Source: a virus (Duplodnaviria; Caudoviricetes). Taken from it: DNA of 47,704 bases. A program made the position numbers and the translations under genes. The stretch's first letter is position 1, and the number at the start of each line of letters is the position of its first letter. The notes below the pieces were generated by a model. The model ran no database searches. It was not told the origin of the DNA and worked only from the letters and a program-made list of their open reading frames with translations. The stretch is taken from the IMG/VR virus record IMGVR_UViG_3300035135_001487, positions 1 to 47,704 of that record; one strand, given 5' to 3'. Positions 1 to 10,346 of this stretch are shown here, in pieces.

Positions 1-236
1 TTCATCATATTACGGATATTCTTAAATTCTTCTTTTGCAGACTTCACACTTGAGAAGTCTTCATCCAATAACTTGTTGTTTAAAAAGATATTAACGTTCT
101 TACCTTCTCTGGCAAACACAACGTTTAATACCTCTTCACCCAATCTAAAAGAATCTCTTTCTAATATAAAGAAATTCTCAGGAATAACTGAGACTGATTC
201 GACTAATTCTTTTCTGACCTCAGAAAAACTTCTCAT
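1..236 (-). CDS. Hypothetical head-assembly-region protein, truncated by the window edge (MRSFSEVRKELVES...)
   Basis: Translated by hand, not in the ORF track. ATG at 236-234 overlaps the upstream TAA (TAATG) and the frame is open to base 1. Position matches the prohead core region after the portal. Confidence 0.7.
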   Translation of the reverse strand, partial: MRSFSEVRKELVESVSVIPENFFILERDSFRLGEEVLNVVFAREGKNVNIFLNNKLLDEDFSSVKSAKEEFKNIRNMM

Positions 237-406
237 TATTCCTTCTCTTCTGCCTCTTGAGCCATCCAGTCTACTTGCATTTCGACTCTTTTCATGTCTA
301 CGGCGTCAGCAGCCTTTTGTTTAATTCCTGTAAAGATACTATCTTTAGCATCCTGTAACTGACCTTTTTCAATTTGGTCTACAATTTTATTTGCTATTTC
401 ACTCAT
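236..406 (-). CDS. Small prohead core protein, gp67-like (56 aa, MSEIANKIVDQIEKGQLQDAKDSIF...)
   Basis: Translated by hand (below the track cutoff). Short, charged, helical-looking ORF directly after the portal, where T4-like phages carry gp67. Function assigned by synteny. Confidence 0.65.
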   Translation of the reverse strand: MSEIANKIVDQIEKGQLQDAKDSIFTGIKQKAADAVDMKRVEMQVDWMAQEAEEKE

Positions 407-409
407 TTA

Positions 410-1945
410 TTAAAAACTCCCGAACTCATCACCATCATCTTCTCCGTCTCCTTGTGACTTTTCGTCTTCAATTTGACCGTCAATGATTCTGATATCATCT
501 TCTGTTTGTCTTAGTATATACTTTCTCACGTAATCGTGTGAATAGTATTTACCCACATAATCTACTACTTGACCCAATGTATCCATTCTCTCTCTAAGAA
601 TTTCTGCATCCTTCAACTCAGTGAAGTGGTTATCAGTAGCATAATCAAACTGTAAGAAGTCTTTGAATTCATCAAACTCTTCTGCAGTTACAATCTCTTT
701 GAGTACTAGTTGAGTTCTTAACATATCAACGAATACTCTTCCAAATTTCTTCTGAAGTCTATTAGTAAACTTATTAAACTTCAGTTCGTCTCTAGTAATC
801 TCTGAAGACTTACCAAGGTTGAAACCATTGTCACTCTCCATTCTAGAGACTGGAACGTTTAAAGCACGATATAACTTCTTCTTGAAGTATTCGATATCTT
901 CAATCTCTGATAGGTTTTGTCCGCCTGGCAGAGTTGAGATTTCCGTTCCTCTACCACCTTCTCTACGTGGTAACCAAAAATCTTCAAGCATAGACATATG
1001 TTTTCTGTCGTCTTTAATCTCACCTGTTTGAGCATTATAGACTAACTTATTTCTATACTTATTCATTACATCTGCAAGATATTGTTCTGCTTTCGCCTTA
1101 GGTAAGTTACCTACGTCAATGTAGAAGATTCTTCTTTCAGGCGCCCTTGATATCCTATAGATAACAAGTGCATCTTCCATCATTGACAACTGATTTGCAG
1201 TTTTCAATGCCTTATGCAGATACCCAACTACTACGTTTTTAGTGTAGTCGAGTAATCCTGAAGTAGTATAAGATACTGCCTCAGGAGCAATTTTAACTGT
1301 TGTACCCTCTGTTGTGGTACTTTTATCGAATCCTTTATCACTAAAGATATAGAATTCTTCGACTTTTTTAATTACATCGATTTTGGTTTTTGGGTCTTTA
1401 CCTTTCTCAACATTTCTAACCTTCTTGATTTTAAGAGGGTCAATGTTTCTGATATCTTGAATACCTGCTTTAGGACGTTTGGAATCTACCACCTTATGGA
1501 AATAGATTCTTCCATCAACGTACCACTTTCTGAAAATTTCATGAGAGTTCTGATTGAACTTCATTTTTGATAAGATATATGCAAACTCGTCTTGTATCTT
1601 GTTTTTGATACTATCAGAGAGTTTAACATCTCTGAGGTCAAGTGCAACTATTCTATCTGAAGTGTCAGATGTGATACACTCATTTACAACGTCTTCAATT
1701 GCCGAGTCGCACTCGGGTATTAAAGATACTTCACGGTATCTTCGAATGAGCTCAACCTCATTCTTAATACCACCTTCCATGTCAACGTAAGCACCATAAG
1801 CAGCGCCAGTAACGTAACCACTCTGTTGTTGAATAACGGGGGTGCCGTCATCGTCAACAGGTGGCACGAATGACTTTGCATTCGGTGCCTCTGTTGTTCT
1901 TAACTCGTCTTTTTTACGAGTTATTTCAAACCCAAAAATTTCCAT
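410..1945 (-). CDS. gp20: Portal vertex protein
   Basis: Motifs YRISRAPERRIFYIDVGNLPK, EDFWLPRREGGRGTEI and FRKWYVDGR; follows gp19. Confidence 0.98.
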   Translation of the reverse strand: MEIFGFEITRKKDELRTTEAPNAKSFVPPVDDDGTPVIQQQSGYVTGAAYGAYVDMEGGIKNEVELIRRYREVSLIPECDSAIEDVVNECITSDTSDRIVALDLRDVKLSDSIKNKIQDEFAYILSKMKFNQNSHEIFRKWYVDGRIYFHKVVDSKRPKAGIQDIRNIDPLKIKKVRNVEKGKDPKTKIDVIKKVEEFYIFSDKGFDKSTTTEGTTVKIAPEAVSYTTSGLLDYTKNVVVGYLHKALKTANQLSMMEDALVIYRISRAPERRIFYIDVGNLPKAKAEQYLADVMNKYRNKLVYNAQTGEIKDDRKHMSMLEDFWLPRREGGRGTEISTLPGGQNLSEIEDIEYFKKKLYRALNVPVSRMESDNGFNLGKSSEITRDELKFNKFTNRLQKKFGRVFVDMLRTQLVLKEIVTAEEFDEFKDFLQFDYATDNHFTELKDAEILRERMDTLGQVVDYVGKYYSHDYVRKYILRQTEDDIRIIDGQIEDEKSQGDGEDDGDEFGSF

Positions 1946-1950
1946 ACTAA

Positions 1951-1958
1951 TATTTATA
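1951..1958 (-). promoter_or_regulatory. T4-type late promoter TATAAATA upstream of gp20
   Basis: tatttata on +; overlaps an 8-bp inverted repeat (1954-1961/1971-1978). Confidence 0.7.
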
Positions 1959-1988
1959 CCCCAAAATCAAGGGTATAACTCACTTGTT

Positions 1989-2486
1989 TTAAAGAACTCT
2001 TTCCCAGTGAGAGAATTCAAATGTTACCTGAAATGTTTCGATTGCAGTTGCTTCTTCTGTTGAAAGTTCAATAGCAGCGATATTCTGAGGGAACATGTTC
2101 ATGAATTCATATCTCGCAAGGACTGAGTCGTCTTTGTGTAATTGTTCTACGAAAGCACGTGATAATAGGTAATCTGTATTAAGAGCACCATCACTTGTTC
2201 CGTAACCTTGAATCTCTTCTTGCCATGCCTCTAAAGCAGTTCTTGAAGAAAACTCTACGTCATTCATAATTGTTACAGTCCAAGGTTCGAAAGTTCTATC
2301 TCCAGCGAGTTTTAGAACTTGACCTCTAAACGGAACTGCCAATGTATTAATGTTTGCAGAAGGTATCTGAGCAGCAGTACACAAAAACTCAATCTTCTCT
2401 CCCGCTCTTGGGATAAAGACTCTGAATCGGTTAGCTCTTGGGCCACCACCGATTAGTTGTGCTTTAAATTGGTCTATTGTTGCCAT
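1989..2486 (-). CDS. gp19: Tail tube protein
   Basis: GGGPRANRF, FRGQVLKLAGDRTFEPWTVT; follows the sheath gene. Confidence 0.96.
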   Translation of the reverse strand: MATIDQFKAQLIGGGPRANRFRVFIPRAGEKIEFLCTAAQIPSANINTLAVPFRGQVLKLAGDRTFEPWTVTIMNDVEFSSRTALEAWQEEIQGYGTSDGALNTDYLLSRAFVEQLHKDDSVLARYEFMNMFPQNIAAIELSTEEATAIETFQVTFEFSHWERVL

Positions 2487-2499
2487 TTATATTCTCCTG

Positions 2500-4509
2500 T
2501 TATACTGCACCGTAGATTTCTTCAAACTCTACACCACTTCTAGCAGCGACAAAGTTCAAGGTTATGAAGTTAATTGACCTAGCAGGTTTGACAAAGATTG
2601 AACATACAAATTCATTTCTGTCAATCACTGAATCAGTGTTATTTGTTTCGTCACAAATTACTGAGAAGTCAACTAAACCTCTTCTGTTCTTTACGTCTCT
2701 TAAGAAAGGTTCTACAGCAGCACGGAACTGAGCTCTTGTGAATGCATCATTGAATTCAAAGAGTTGTGCCTTAGCAGCAGTAGCAATTGCTTTCTCTAGG
2801 ACTATGAATAATCTTCTAACGTTTATTCTGTCAAAAGCAGAAGGTGTTGAAAGACCAGTCTTGTCTCCAAATAATACAGTACCTTGGCCTGGGAATGTAC
2901 AAATTGGGTTGACTCTACCTCTATATAGGTCGTCTCTTGAACCCTTGCCTGGATTTAAAGCAAGTTTTGTAATTCCTAAGTATTGTCCTCTTGAGAAACC
3001 AGCAGGTGAATACCATGGGTCTTGTAAGAGGTCTGACCTTGCCATAATACCAGCGGTGTGTCCGTTGCCTGGTATCCAGCAATATTTGTCATTGTATCTA
3101 TCGTATTGATAAATCCATCCTGACTCTAGGACTGCATATGAAGATGAAGATACTGAAGAGTAATCTGCAAGTACATTTACTACTGCAGTAGACTCAACTG
3201 CGACACCAACTACTGATGCACGTCTAGGTGATGCAATCACCATACAGTCTTTTCTTCTTTCTGCGATTAAAATTAATTGGTTAACGATTGTGTTATGGTC
3301 TGCCAAAATGTCTTGGTCTGTACCTGAACCGTTATCTGTTCTTGTTGAACCAGCGATAAGGAATGAAACATCTGAAGTTTCTCCATCACCGAAGTGTGTG
3401 TCATATGCACCCCACTTCTGACCTGCTGTTGGACTTCTACCATCAGCACCATTTGCTAATGAATCAGCAACTGGTAGGTTAGGTTGTGAGAATACAGTTG
3501 ATACTGCACTTAGTAATGTTCTATGTTCACTACTTGTTGTCATGATGTCTGTTGAGTGTCCTGACCACCATACCCACTTAGACTCTCTTGCGATAACGTC
3601 TCTATAGTAGTTTGATTGTCCTACACTGTTTTTTGCATCTGAACCTAATGAACAGAAACCGTGTGTCTCTAATACTTCGCCTGGTGTACCTGAAATTGAA
3701 CCATCTTCGTCAATAACAACTACGTGAACTTCGTCATTTACAGCACCAGCTTTTACTGCAGAAGCAGATGTGCCTGGAGCTTTATCGAATAAACCAGCAA
3801 ATTCCCATTGTCTTGACACTGTCACTGCATCTGGCACAGCGGCTTGAAGTGTTTTACTTGGTGAGTTTAACGCTTCAATTGTAAGTGTGTCATGGTCTGT
3901 TGTTGTAGCTGTATCGATTGCTGTTACTTTATATTCTGTAGTGTGATTAGAGAATGTTACGATGTCACCGACTACAAAGTCTGCACCATCACCTTCCTCA
4001 ATATTCACAGAAACACCGCCCTCTGGGTTTGTACCCTCAACAACTGCCATAGCAGATTGTGAATAAGCGTTTGGTGTAGAACATAAAGAAACTTTTAACG
4101 AATTACCTAATGCACCAGCGTGTCTAGCGACCCAGCGACCTGCTGTACCACTTGAACCACCACTTCTTAGGTTGTCAACGTAATCGTCCTCTCCTTTGAT
4201 TAATAAGTCAACGTCACCACCACTATTCGCACTGAATAGACCAGTTGAGTTGATTCTTACTACTCTTAAAGATGAACCATATTTCAAGAATGACTCTGCT
4301 GAAAAGAAGTCTTCTGCCCCAGCATTTGAGTCAGCAGGTTGAAAAAATACATCGACCAAGCCTTTCGCATCTGAAACTGTTATTACTTCATCAACAGGGC
4401 CCCATTGGAATGTTCCAGCAAAAGCACCTGTAGTACTTGAAACTGCTGGCACAACATTTGTTAAGTCAACTTCCTTGACTTGAACGCCTGGTGATACTTG
4501 AAATGCCAT
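2500..4509 (-). CDS. gp18: Contractile tail sheath protein
   Basis: SPGVQVKEVDLT, FQWGP, PWYSPAG, FDRINVRRLF, KPARSINFITLNF. Confidence 0.98.
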   Translation of the reverse strand: MAFQVSPGVQVKEVDLTNVVPAVSSTTGAFAGTFQWGPVDEVITVSDAKGLVDVFFQPADSNAGAEDFFSAESFLKYGSSLRVVRINSTGLFSANSGGDVDLLIKGEDDYVDNLRSGGSSGTAGRWVARHAGALGNSLKVSLCSTPNAYSQSAMAVVEGTNPEGGVSVNIEEGDGADFVVGDIVTFSNHTTEYKVTAIDTATTTDHDTLTIEALNSPSKTLQAAVPDAVTVSRQWEFAGLFDKAPGTSASAVKAGAVNDEVHVVVIDEDGSISGTPGEVLETHGFCSLGSDAKNSVGQSNYYRDVIARESKWVWWSGHSTDIMTTSSEHRTLLSAVSTVFSQPNLPVADSLANGADGRSPTAGQKWGAYDTHFGDGETSDVSFLIAGSTRTDNGSGTDQDILADHNTIVNQLILIAERRKDCMVIASPRRASVVGVAVESTAVVNVLADYSSVSSSSYAVLESGWIYQYDRYNDKYCWIPGNGHTAGIMARSDLLQDPWYSPAGFSRGQYLGITKLALNPGKGSRDDLYRGRVNPICTFPGQGTVLFGDKTGLSTPSAFDRINVRRLFIVLEKAIATAAKAQLFEFNDAFTRAQFRAAVEPFLRDVKNRRGLVDFSVICDETNNTDSVIDRNEFVCSIFVKPARSINFITLNFVAARSGVEFEEIYGAV

Positions 4510-4549
4510 ACTTTTCTCCTGTTAATGTAAAAAGTTTGTTTTACTGTTA

Positions 4550-4557
4550 TATTTATA
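4550..4557 (-). promoter_or_regulatory. T4-type late promoter TATAAATA upstream of gp18
   Basis: Exact consensus in the intergenic gap, ~40 nt before the ATG, which has an AGGAG RBS. Confidence 0.8.
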
Positions 4558-4569
4558 ACTTTATTAATT

Positions 4570-6153
4570 CTAAGACTTATCTACGAACCATCTATCACCT
4601 GTAGAATCTACAAATGATGTATCATCAGCGTGTTTACCGAATACTCCAACGGGTAGAATATCATCTTCTATTAGTTTTTGTTGTTCCGAATAAAGCAAAT
4701 TCTTAACTTGATAATCAGTTAGGTGGGTAAAATACTCTGTAGTAATAAACCATGAAAACAATACACAATTCATAACCATATCATCATTATATCCCCTATC
4801 TGCTTCATAGGACATCCCTTTATTTATAAAAGTCATAAGTTCCGTGATAGTAACCCTATCTACGATACTTAATCTGTTTTCTTCTAAAATCTCTTTAAAT
4901 GTGGAACATCCGACTCTTTTAATCTTTTTGGTCATCTTGACACCCACATCTTCTGCTTTGGTCAGACCCTGTACAAACACATTGTTGTATTCTATATCAT
5001 AGTGTAACTGTTGTGACACCATAGCACCCTCAGCATTGTTTTCTATAATAACTAGTGCATCGTTGTATGCAGTTGCATATTTGTTGATGATATCGGGAAA
5101 TAACATAGGGGATATCATATTATCTCTGTAGGTTGCGACTTGTTCAAACATCTCCGTAGATACATCGAAGATAGTAAAGGTTGAGTAATCCAGTCCTCTA
5201 CCTTGTGATACATCGACTGTACAGATATAAGTGTGACCTTCGACTGGTCTTTTATACATTATAAAGTTGTCTTTTGACCACTCACCATCCCATGCTTTAA
5301 GACCTAGAAGTGTATTACTGTTGATAAGTGTATTACCTGTTCCTAAGAAACTGTTACCATATTCTTGTTCAAATTGTGCTTCTGAGGTGTTTGCAATGGT
5401 CTCTTTCTTCCATTCTTCGTCTCTGCCTGGCACATCATACCAGTTGATTGTGAATGCTCTATACTCAGACTGTTCATGAACTGCACTTTCGTATATCTTA
5501 TGGAACATATTACCAACACCGTTTGCAGTTGAGGTAATAATAACCTTTGAATCTTTACCCGATGTAACCACGGGATATGTAGCAGTATAGAATGTCTCTG
5601 CATCATCTACGAATGCAAACTCATCGAGATATAGTAAGTTAATTGACAATCCACGAATCGATGATGATGACGTTGCAGCTGCTACAACTTTAGAATCATT
5701 TGCAAACTCAATTGAACCTTTGTTTAAAATCTTGACACCTGGCTGTAAAAAGAATGGTACACTCTCCAACATAGTGACCAAACGTGCAATCATTTCTCTT
5801 GCAATTGCACCTTTGTTAGCGAGGATTGCAACTGTAACTTCGGGTTTAAACAATAAAAACCACAAGAGATATGCACAAGAAGTGATTGATTTACCACTCT
5901 GACGGGATGCAAGAACCACATTAAAACGATTCTTATTATAGTGTTCTATCAGTTTATCTTGATATCCACGTAATTTAAACGGAACCATACCCTCATCTAG
6001 GGATATGATTTGTGTGTAATTCTCAATAAAATGACAAGGGTCTTCAGAACACTTCAAGTATTCTCTCATCTCCTTATCGGTGTATTGGGTTTCTATTCCA
6101 GCACGCTTGATAAGTGCATTACCCAAGTAACCTTCGTTCTTATTGATTGTCAT
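4570..6153 (-). CDS. gp17: Terminase large subunit
   Basis: Walker A SRQSGKS, Walker B LLYLDEFAF, ITSTANG, FEQEY; nuclease DVSQGRGLDYS and DDMVM. Confidence 0.98.
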   Translation of the reverse strand: MTINKNEGYLGNALIKRAGIETQYTDKEMREYLKCSEDPCHFIENYTQIISLDEGMVPFKLRGYQDKLIEHYNKNRFNVVLASRQSGKSITSCAYLLWFLLFKPEVTVAILANKGAIAREMIARLVTMLESVPFFLQPGVKILNKGSIEFANDSKVVAAATSSSSIRGLSINLLYLDEFAFVDDAETFYTATYPVVTSGKDSKVIITSTANGVGNMFHKIYESAVHEQSEYRAFTINWYDVPGRDEEWKKETIANTSEAQFEQEYGNSFLGTGNTLINSNTLLGLKAWDGEWSKDNFIMYKRPVEGHTYICTVDVSQGRGLDYSTFTIFDVSTEMFEQVATYRDNMISPMLFPDIINKYATAYNDALVIIENNAEGAMVSQQLHYDIEYNNVFVQGLTKAEDVGVKMTKKIKRVGCSTFKEILEENRLSIVDRVTITELMTFINKGMSYEADRGYNDDMVMNCVLFSWFITTEYFTHLTDYQVKNLLYSEQQKLIEDDILPVGVFGKHADDTSFVDSTGDRWFVDKS

Positions 6154-6553
6154 CTTTTTTTGATTTCTTTAGAAATTTCTGTAGTTCAGAAGTCGAACCG
6201 ACATATAAGTGATTGTGTTGTGTACCTATCTTCTGTTCGTCTTCCTTTTCTAGGTCTTTAATTTTCTTCTGAACATCTAATAGTTTCTCTGCAACGTCAG
6301 CAGTAGTCTTTAAAATCTGACCAGCGACCTCATAAGCACGTGGATTTTCCATTTCTTTTGATAACTGGAGTATTCCATCCAATGCATCTTGACCTCGTTC
6401 TACGAGGTTGTAGAGGTTCTCACGTGCATACTTATAGTCTGTTTCTATGTTCTCAGAACGAGAAGGAAGTTTAACTACCTGTGCTGTTTCTTTTTTAATA
6501 TCGCTGTCGATATCTAAAAGATTATTTAATTGTTGGTCTATATCTTTTGCCAT
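6140..6553 (-). CDS. gp16: Terminase small subunit
   Basis: DYKYARENL, PRAYEVAGQ, VGSTSELQK; directly upstream of gp17. Confidence 0.93.
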   Translation of the reverse strand: MAKDIDQQLNNLLDIDSDIKKETAQVVKLPSRSENIETDYKYARENLYNLVERGQDALDGILQLSKEMENPRAYEVAGQILKTTADVAEKLLDVQKKIKDLEKEDEQKIGTQHNHLYVGSTSELQKFLKKSKKDDNQ

Positions 6554-6555
6554 AA

Positions 6556-7605
6556 TTAACTCGAATCACTTGTTGTATCCTCTGAATATGTAGAATCTGT
6601 ACCATCGTCATAGAAGGTTACGGTTTCTGCAACTACGAATGTATCGTTAGGGTCTACAGAACCTACAAATTTAAGTTTAGTATTCGCATCTATTGTTATA
6701 GCAGATGACAATACAATTGATAATTTGTCTTCTGCAATAGATGATACAGTTGGATTTGTATCTTCTCCTGTTCCGAATACTTCGTCTCCAGTACTAATAC
6801 TACTATTTATTGCACTTGCAAAAGTTACAGTAGTTGAGTTGGATACTGCATTTGCTGTTTCAGCAAATGCTGGTTCATAATGTTTCACTTCTTTCACAAG
6901 ACCACTATTATCAATTGCAGTCGATGTAAATCCTGCTGTGACACCATCGGTTATATAATCTCTTTCTATTACAGAATTGATTATACCACCAGTGTAAACA
7001 GGGCCGAAGAAATAGAGTTTCATTGTAAATTCTAAAGTATACTCTATAACTCTTCTAGTTAAATAATCTGATTCATATTCATCCGAAAATGATACACTTG
7101 ATAACACTATGGGAACATCTCTATGGTCTGCCATGTCATCAATCATCTTCATTGTGACTGTATATTCGGGTTGGAAATAAGGTAAAATCTGTTCAACAAT
7201 CTGCAAAGCATCGTTCATATTCTTCGCAAGGATACTTAATTGAAATGATAAATCGTATGGAGCAGGGTTATACTGATATTTTCTATTAGAACCACCCGTC
7301 TCTAACGTTGTTTTTGAATGTCTTATTAATTTGTTTTGTTGTCTATTTGCATCGTATGAGAATCCATTTAATTGAAATGCCATACGTGGTAATGAAATTG
7401 CACTTCTATTACCATCTGATAAGTCTGCTTCTTCAGCAAGTCTCTGTAAAAACTTTTGTTTTGGGCCGTATGAGATTGGTACTAACTGTTCAGTTAATAC
7501 TGTACCATCTGCTTTTGTTTTCTTGACCTTGATATTATTAAACAATGTACCAAAGATAGATACTGCTCTTTTAATTGTTTCATTATAAAAATGGGTTCCA
7601 AACAT
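6556..7605 (-). CDS. gp15: Tail terminator / sheath stabiliser with C-terminal extension
   Basis: FGTLFNNI, VPISYGPKQKF, LPRMAF, QIVEQILPYFQPEY. Confidence 0.95.
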   Translation of the reverse strand: MFGTHFYNETIKRAVSIFGTLFNNIKVKKTKADGTVLTEQLVPISYGPKQKFLQRLAEEADLSDGNRSAISLPRMAFQLNGFSYDANRQQNKLIRHSKTTLETGGSNRKYQYNPAPYDLSFQLSILAKNMNDALQIVEQILPYFQPEYTVTMKMIDDMADHRDVPIVLSSVSFSDEYESDYLTRRVIEYTLEFTMKLYFFGPVYTGGIINSVIERDYITDGVTAGFTSTAIDNSGLVKEVKHYEPAFAETANAVSNSTTVTFASAINSSISTGDEVFGTGEDTNPTVSSIAEDKLSIVLSSAITIDANTKLKFVGSVDPNDTFVVAETVTFYDDGTDSTYSEDTTSDSS

Positions 7606-8480
7606 TATGTCACCTCACCGAAAGGGTTTGTCTCAGAGAAATCTAGATAGTTATCTGCAGTTGTTTCAAAGTCTTTGTTATCTGCTTGTGGGTCTTGTGC
7701 CATTGTCATTACATCGTCAATTGATAATATTTCTCTTGCAGTTCCGTTTGCACCAGTGACCGTATCACCCACTTGAAGTGTCCTAGTGTTATCCTTAATC
7801 ATAAGTTTTCTAGTTTGTGGTGACCAACTTACAACTTCACCAACAACTGTTGCAGTTCCATCGATTGTTACTGATACATCTTCATTAACATAATAAGCAC
7901 CATCACCACCACTGTAAGTGTTTGCAAGTGTAAGTCCAATTTGATATGCTTGTTCGTCTTCGATTTGGTCGATGAGATTACTTCCAGTATCAAAGTCTTC
8001 ACCACTATATTCAAACAGTTCACATTGCATTTTAAAGGTGAATAGTTTACCGACTTGATAGAAAGGATTTTCATGTTCTACAAATTTGATTTCAAACATA
8101 GAACCACTGAGAGGGAAGTAAATTAAATCTCCCTCGTTAGGTCTTAATGATGTTGCAAGGTTTGAATCTAGCGATATAAATCTCTCCCATGAACGTAGAG
8201 ATATGATAAAGGTTGCTTGGTCTCTTACCTGTACACCAAACTTACTGAAAAGGTCACCCTCTCCTTCGAAACCTTCTGTATTTTCAATATACATTTCAAC
8301 ACTATATGCATCACCAAATTTAGACTGTACGTCTTCACCTAATATAGAATCTTCTTCTATAATCTCTCTAGGTAAATAGAAACACTCGTGACCATATATG
8401 CGTAAAGACTCAACAACTAAATCCTCGTATAGGTGTTGTTCAGTACTTACTGCATGGTTAAAAAATACATTTGTAGGCAT
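7605..8480 (-). CDS. gp14: Neck protein
   Basis: LVVESLRIYG, RPNEGDLIYFP, FEIKFVEHENPFYQ, DFSETNPFG. Confidence 0.95.
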   Translation of the reverse strand: MPTNVFFNHAVSTEQHLYEDLVVESLRIYGHECFYLPREIIEEDSILGEDVQSKFGDAYSVEMYIENTEGFEGEGDLFSKFGVQVRDQATFIISLRSWERFISLDSNLATSLRPNEGDLIYFPLSGSMFEIKFVEHENPFYQVGKLFTFKMQCELFEYSGEDFDTGSNLIDQIEDEQAYQIGLTLANTYSGGDGAYYVNEDVSVTIDGTATVVGEVVSWSPQTRKLMIKDNTRTLQVGDTVTGANGTAREILSIDDVMTMAQDPQADNKDFETTADNYLDFSETNPFGEVT

Positions 8481-8486
8481 AAAAAA

Positions 8487-9302
8487 TTACCCCATCATAT
8501 CCATGACAGGCATTTCATAATTCAGTCTTGACTCTTCCTCTAACTTAGTGATTTCTTCTTGTGCTTCACTCTTCATTTGAGAACCGTCTAGTGTTACTCC
8601 GCCTGGCAATGCGATACCTTGGAACTTAGATAGGTTTTCACCCCATTGATATTTGACTAATGCAGTTGCATATTTCTTTAACCACATATCATTATAGATA
8701 TCTGTAAAGTCTGTTGGGTCTATCTTTCTGTAACACTCGATAATTATATACTCATTTTCGTTGACTGATTCCATATCCATGTCTAGATATAATCTGTTCA
8801 TATGTGTGTTATATCTTACAGGTGTTCTACCTACAAGAATTTTATCTATCAATGAAAGGTTTTGTTGAACCATTTCATAATAGAGAATGTTTGTTGCTGT
8901 TAAATCATAGATATCATTCAGTCTTAATTGATATCTGAGGTCAAACATATTAAGGTTATGTTTGTCATTGAACGGGAATATGTTGATTACTGATAAAACA
9001 TATTCAGGCAGAACAATATAGTTCTGTTGTTGTTTGAATTGTTGGTCTGTATATGCATGTGTACCAGCAGATGACTCTGTAAAAGTCTCATCTGTTCTCA
9101 TAGTACTAATCTCAGAGGACGTTAATTGATGTTTGAGATACATCTTGATAGAACCATCATAGTGATACTCACGGAAGTATTGTAATGCTTCATCAATTCT
9201 GTCGTCAAACTGGTCGTCATCGACATTAATTTCAAGTACAGGAGCACCTAGTTTTCTTTTTATATACTCTTTAAGTGCTGATTTTGAATTCGGTTCTGCC
9301 AT
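8487..9302 (-). CDS. gp13: Neck protein
   Basis: LGAPVLEINV, WLKKYATALVKYQWGENLSKF, LPGGVTLDG. Confidence 0.96.
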   Translation of the reverse strand: MAEPNSKSALKEYIKRKLGAPVLEINVDDDQFDDRIDEALQYFREYHYDGSIKMYLKHQLTSSEISTMRTDETFTESSAGTHAYTDQQFKQQQNYIVLPEYVLSVINIFPFNDKHNLNMFDLRYQLRLNDIYDLTATNILYYEMVQQNLSLIDKILVGRTPVRYNTHMNRLYLDMDMESVNENEYIIIECYRKIDPTDFTDIYNDMWLKKYATALVKYQWGENLSKFQGIALPGGVTLDGSQMKSEAQEEITKLEEESRLNYEMPVMDMMG

Positions 9303-9320
9303 AGTAAGTTCTCCTCTTAC

Positions 9321-9328
9321 TATTTATG
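9321..9328 (-). promoter_or_regulatory. Late promoter variant CATAAATA upstream of gp13
   Basis: One mismatch to consensus, intergenic, followed by GAGGAG RBS. Confidence 0.6.
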
Positions 9329-9340
9329 ACAATTCAGAAC

Positions 9341-9604
9341 CTAATCTTGGAAATAAGTCTTAGTTTGAAGTTTGTCTATTTTTTCGTCTATTCTACGAAT
9401 AGAATCTAAGATACGTTGGAAATCTTGTTCTACTTGTTCTCTTGTAACATAGTCTTTAGCAATCTCTTCTCTTGTTTTGTTGATGAGAATGTCGATTCTT
9501 TTTTGCTCAGCAAGTAAAGACCTAACTAAAAAACCAGCAGGTATTACAATAAGTGTGATTATGATATCCCACAAAAGATGTGGGGCAATAGTAACTGTTT
9601 CCAT
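9341..9604 (-). CDS. Small membrane protein (one N-terminal TM helix plus coiled coil)
   Basis: Hydrophobic LLWDIIITLIVIPAGFLV followed by a heptad-like charged tail; TCTAAATA at 9610-9617. Confidence 0.75.
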   Translation of the reverse strand: METVTIAPHLLWDIIITLIVIPAGFLVRSLLAEQKRIDILINKTREEIAKDYVTREQVEQDFQRILDSIRRIDEKIDKLQTKTYFQD

Positions 9605-9617
9605 ATTACTATTTAGA

Positions 9618-10346
9618 CTATTCGTTTCCTTCTGAACCTCTATCTGCTGTTACTCTAGCAGGATTTCCACACTCGTCTAAATCAAAGACGAATTCGTTAG
9701 GGTCATAGTTCCATATATCTCCGAGATTACCTTTTGGGCCGTATTTCATCTCAATGTTAAACGATACACTATACCTATCCTTCTTAGTGTCATTTGGTTC
9801 TACCATATGCATCATTCCACTAGGGAACAATACTAATTGACCTGTTAAAGGTTGAAACTCCCAACTTGTAGGTGTTCTAGGTGAATGAGGAAAGTCTGCA
9901 ACAACTTTTGGTTGTGTATCTATAGCACAAAAATTACCTTCGTCTCCTTCAGCGTGAATATAGAATACACCACTATACCAACATCCATTGTGAAGGTGTG
10001 GTTTATTCCATGCAAGAAAATCGTTAATATTTGCCCAACAATTACCTACCCTCATACTTGTACCCGATGGTAAGCCGTGGAAAGGGAAAACTTCGTCATA
10101 GAATGTTCTCTCAATTCTATTAATAAGTTTTTGAAATATTGGTGATGACTCACACCCATCGTTTGATTGCCATCCTGTATAAGCATTAGAGAGTCTTCTA
10201 CCCACTGGGTCTCTCTTTCTCATTGCATCCATTTCTTCTTTCAACATCCCTACATATTCTTCTGTAAGACCAGCTTCTTCGGGTAGTTCAGGGTTTAGTA
10301 AATCTCTATGAAATACAAATGTTGGGAATAATAATCTAACTGCCAT
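9618..10346 (-). CDS. Putative 2OG-Fe(II) oxygenase, TIGR02466-like
   Basis: LFPT start, GWQS, WANIN, HLH...SGVFY, LVLFPS..HMVEPN..RYSVSFN. Confidence 0.88.
   Translation of the reverse strand: MAVRLLFPTFVFHRDLLNPELPEEAGLTEEYVGMLKEEMDAMRKRDPVGRRLSNAYTGWQSNDGCESSPIFQKLINRIERTFYDEVFPFHGLPSGTSMRVGNCWANINDFLAWNKPHLHNGCWYSGVFYIHAEGDEGNFCAIDTQPKVVADFPHSPRTPTSWEFQPLTGQLVLFPSGMMHMVEPNDTKKDRYSVSFNIEMKYGPKGNLGDIWNYDPNEFVFDLDECGNPARVTADRGSEGNE

Noticed and set aside
73-324. Plus-strand 83-aa ORF and other short plus-strand ORFs across the structural genes
   Set aside because: Antisense to well-supported minus-strand genes; here the ORFs at 1..236 and 236..406 explain the region.
4570-6153. Intein or intron in terminase, portal or sheath genes
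   Set aside because: Lengths are typical and frames continuous, with no splicing or homing-endonuclease motifs seen.
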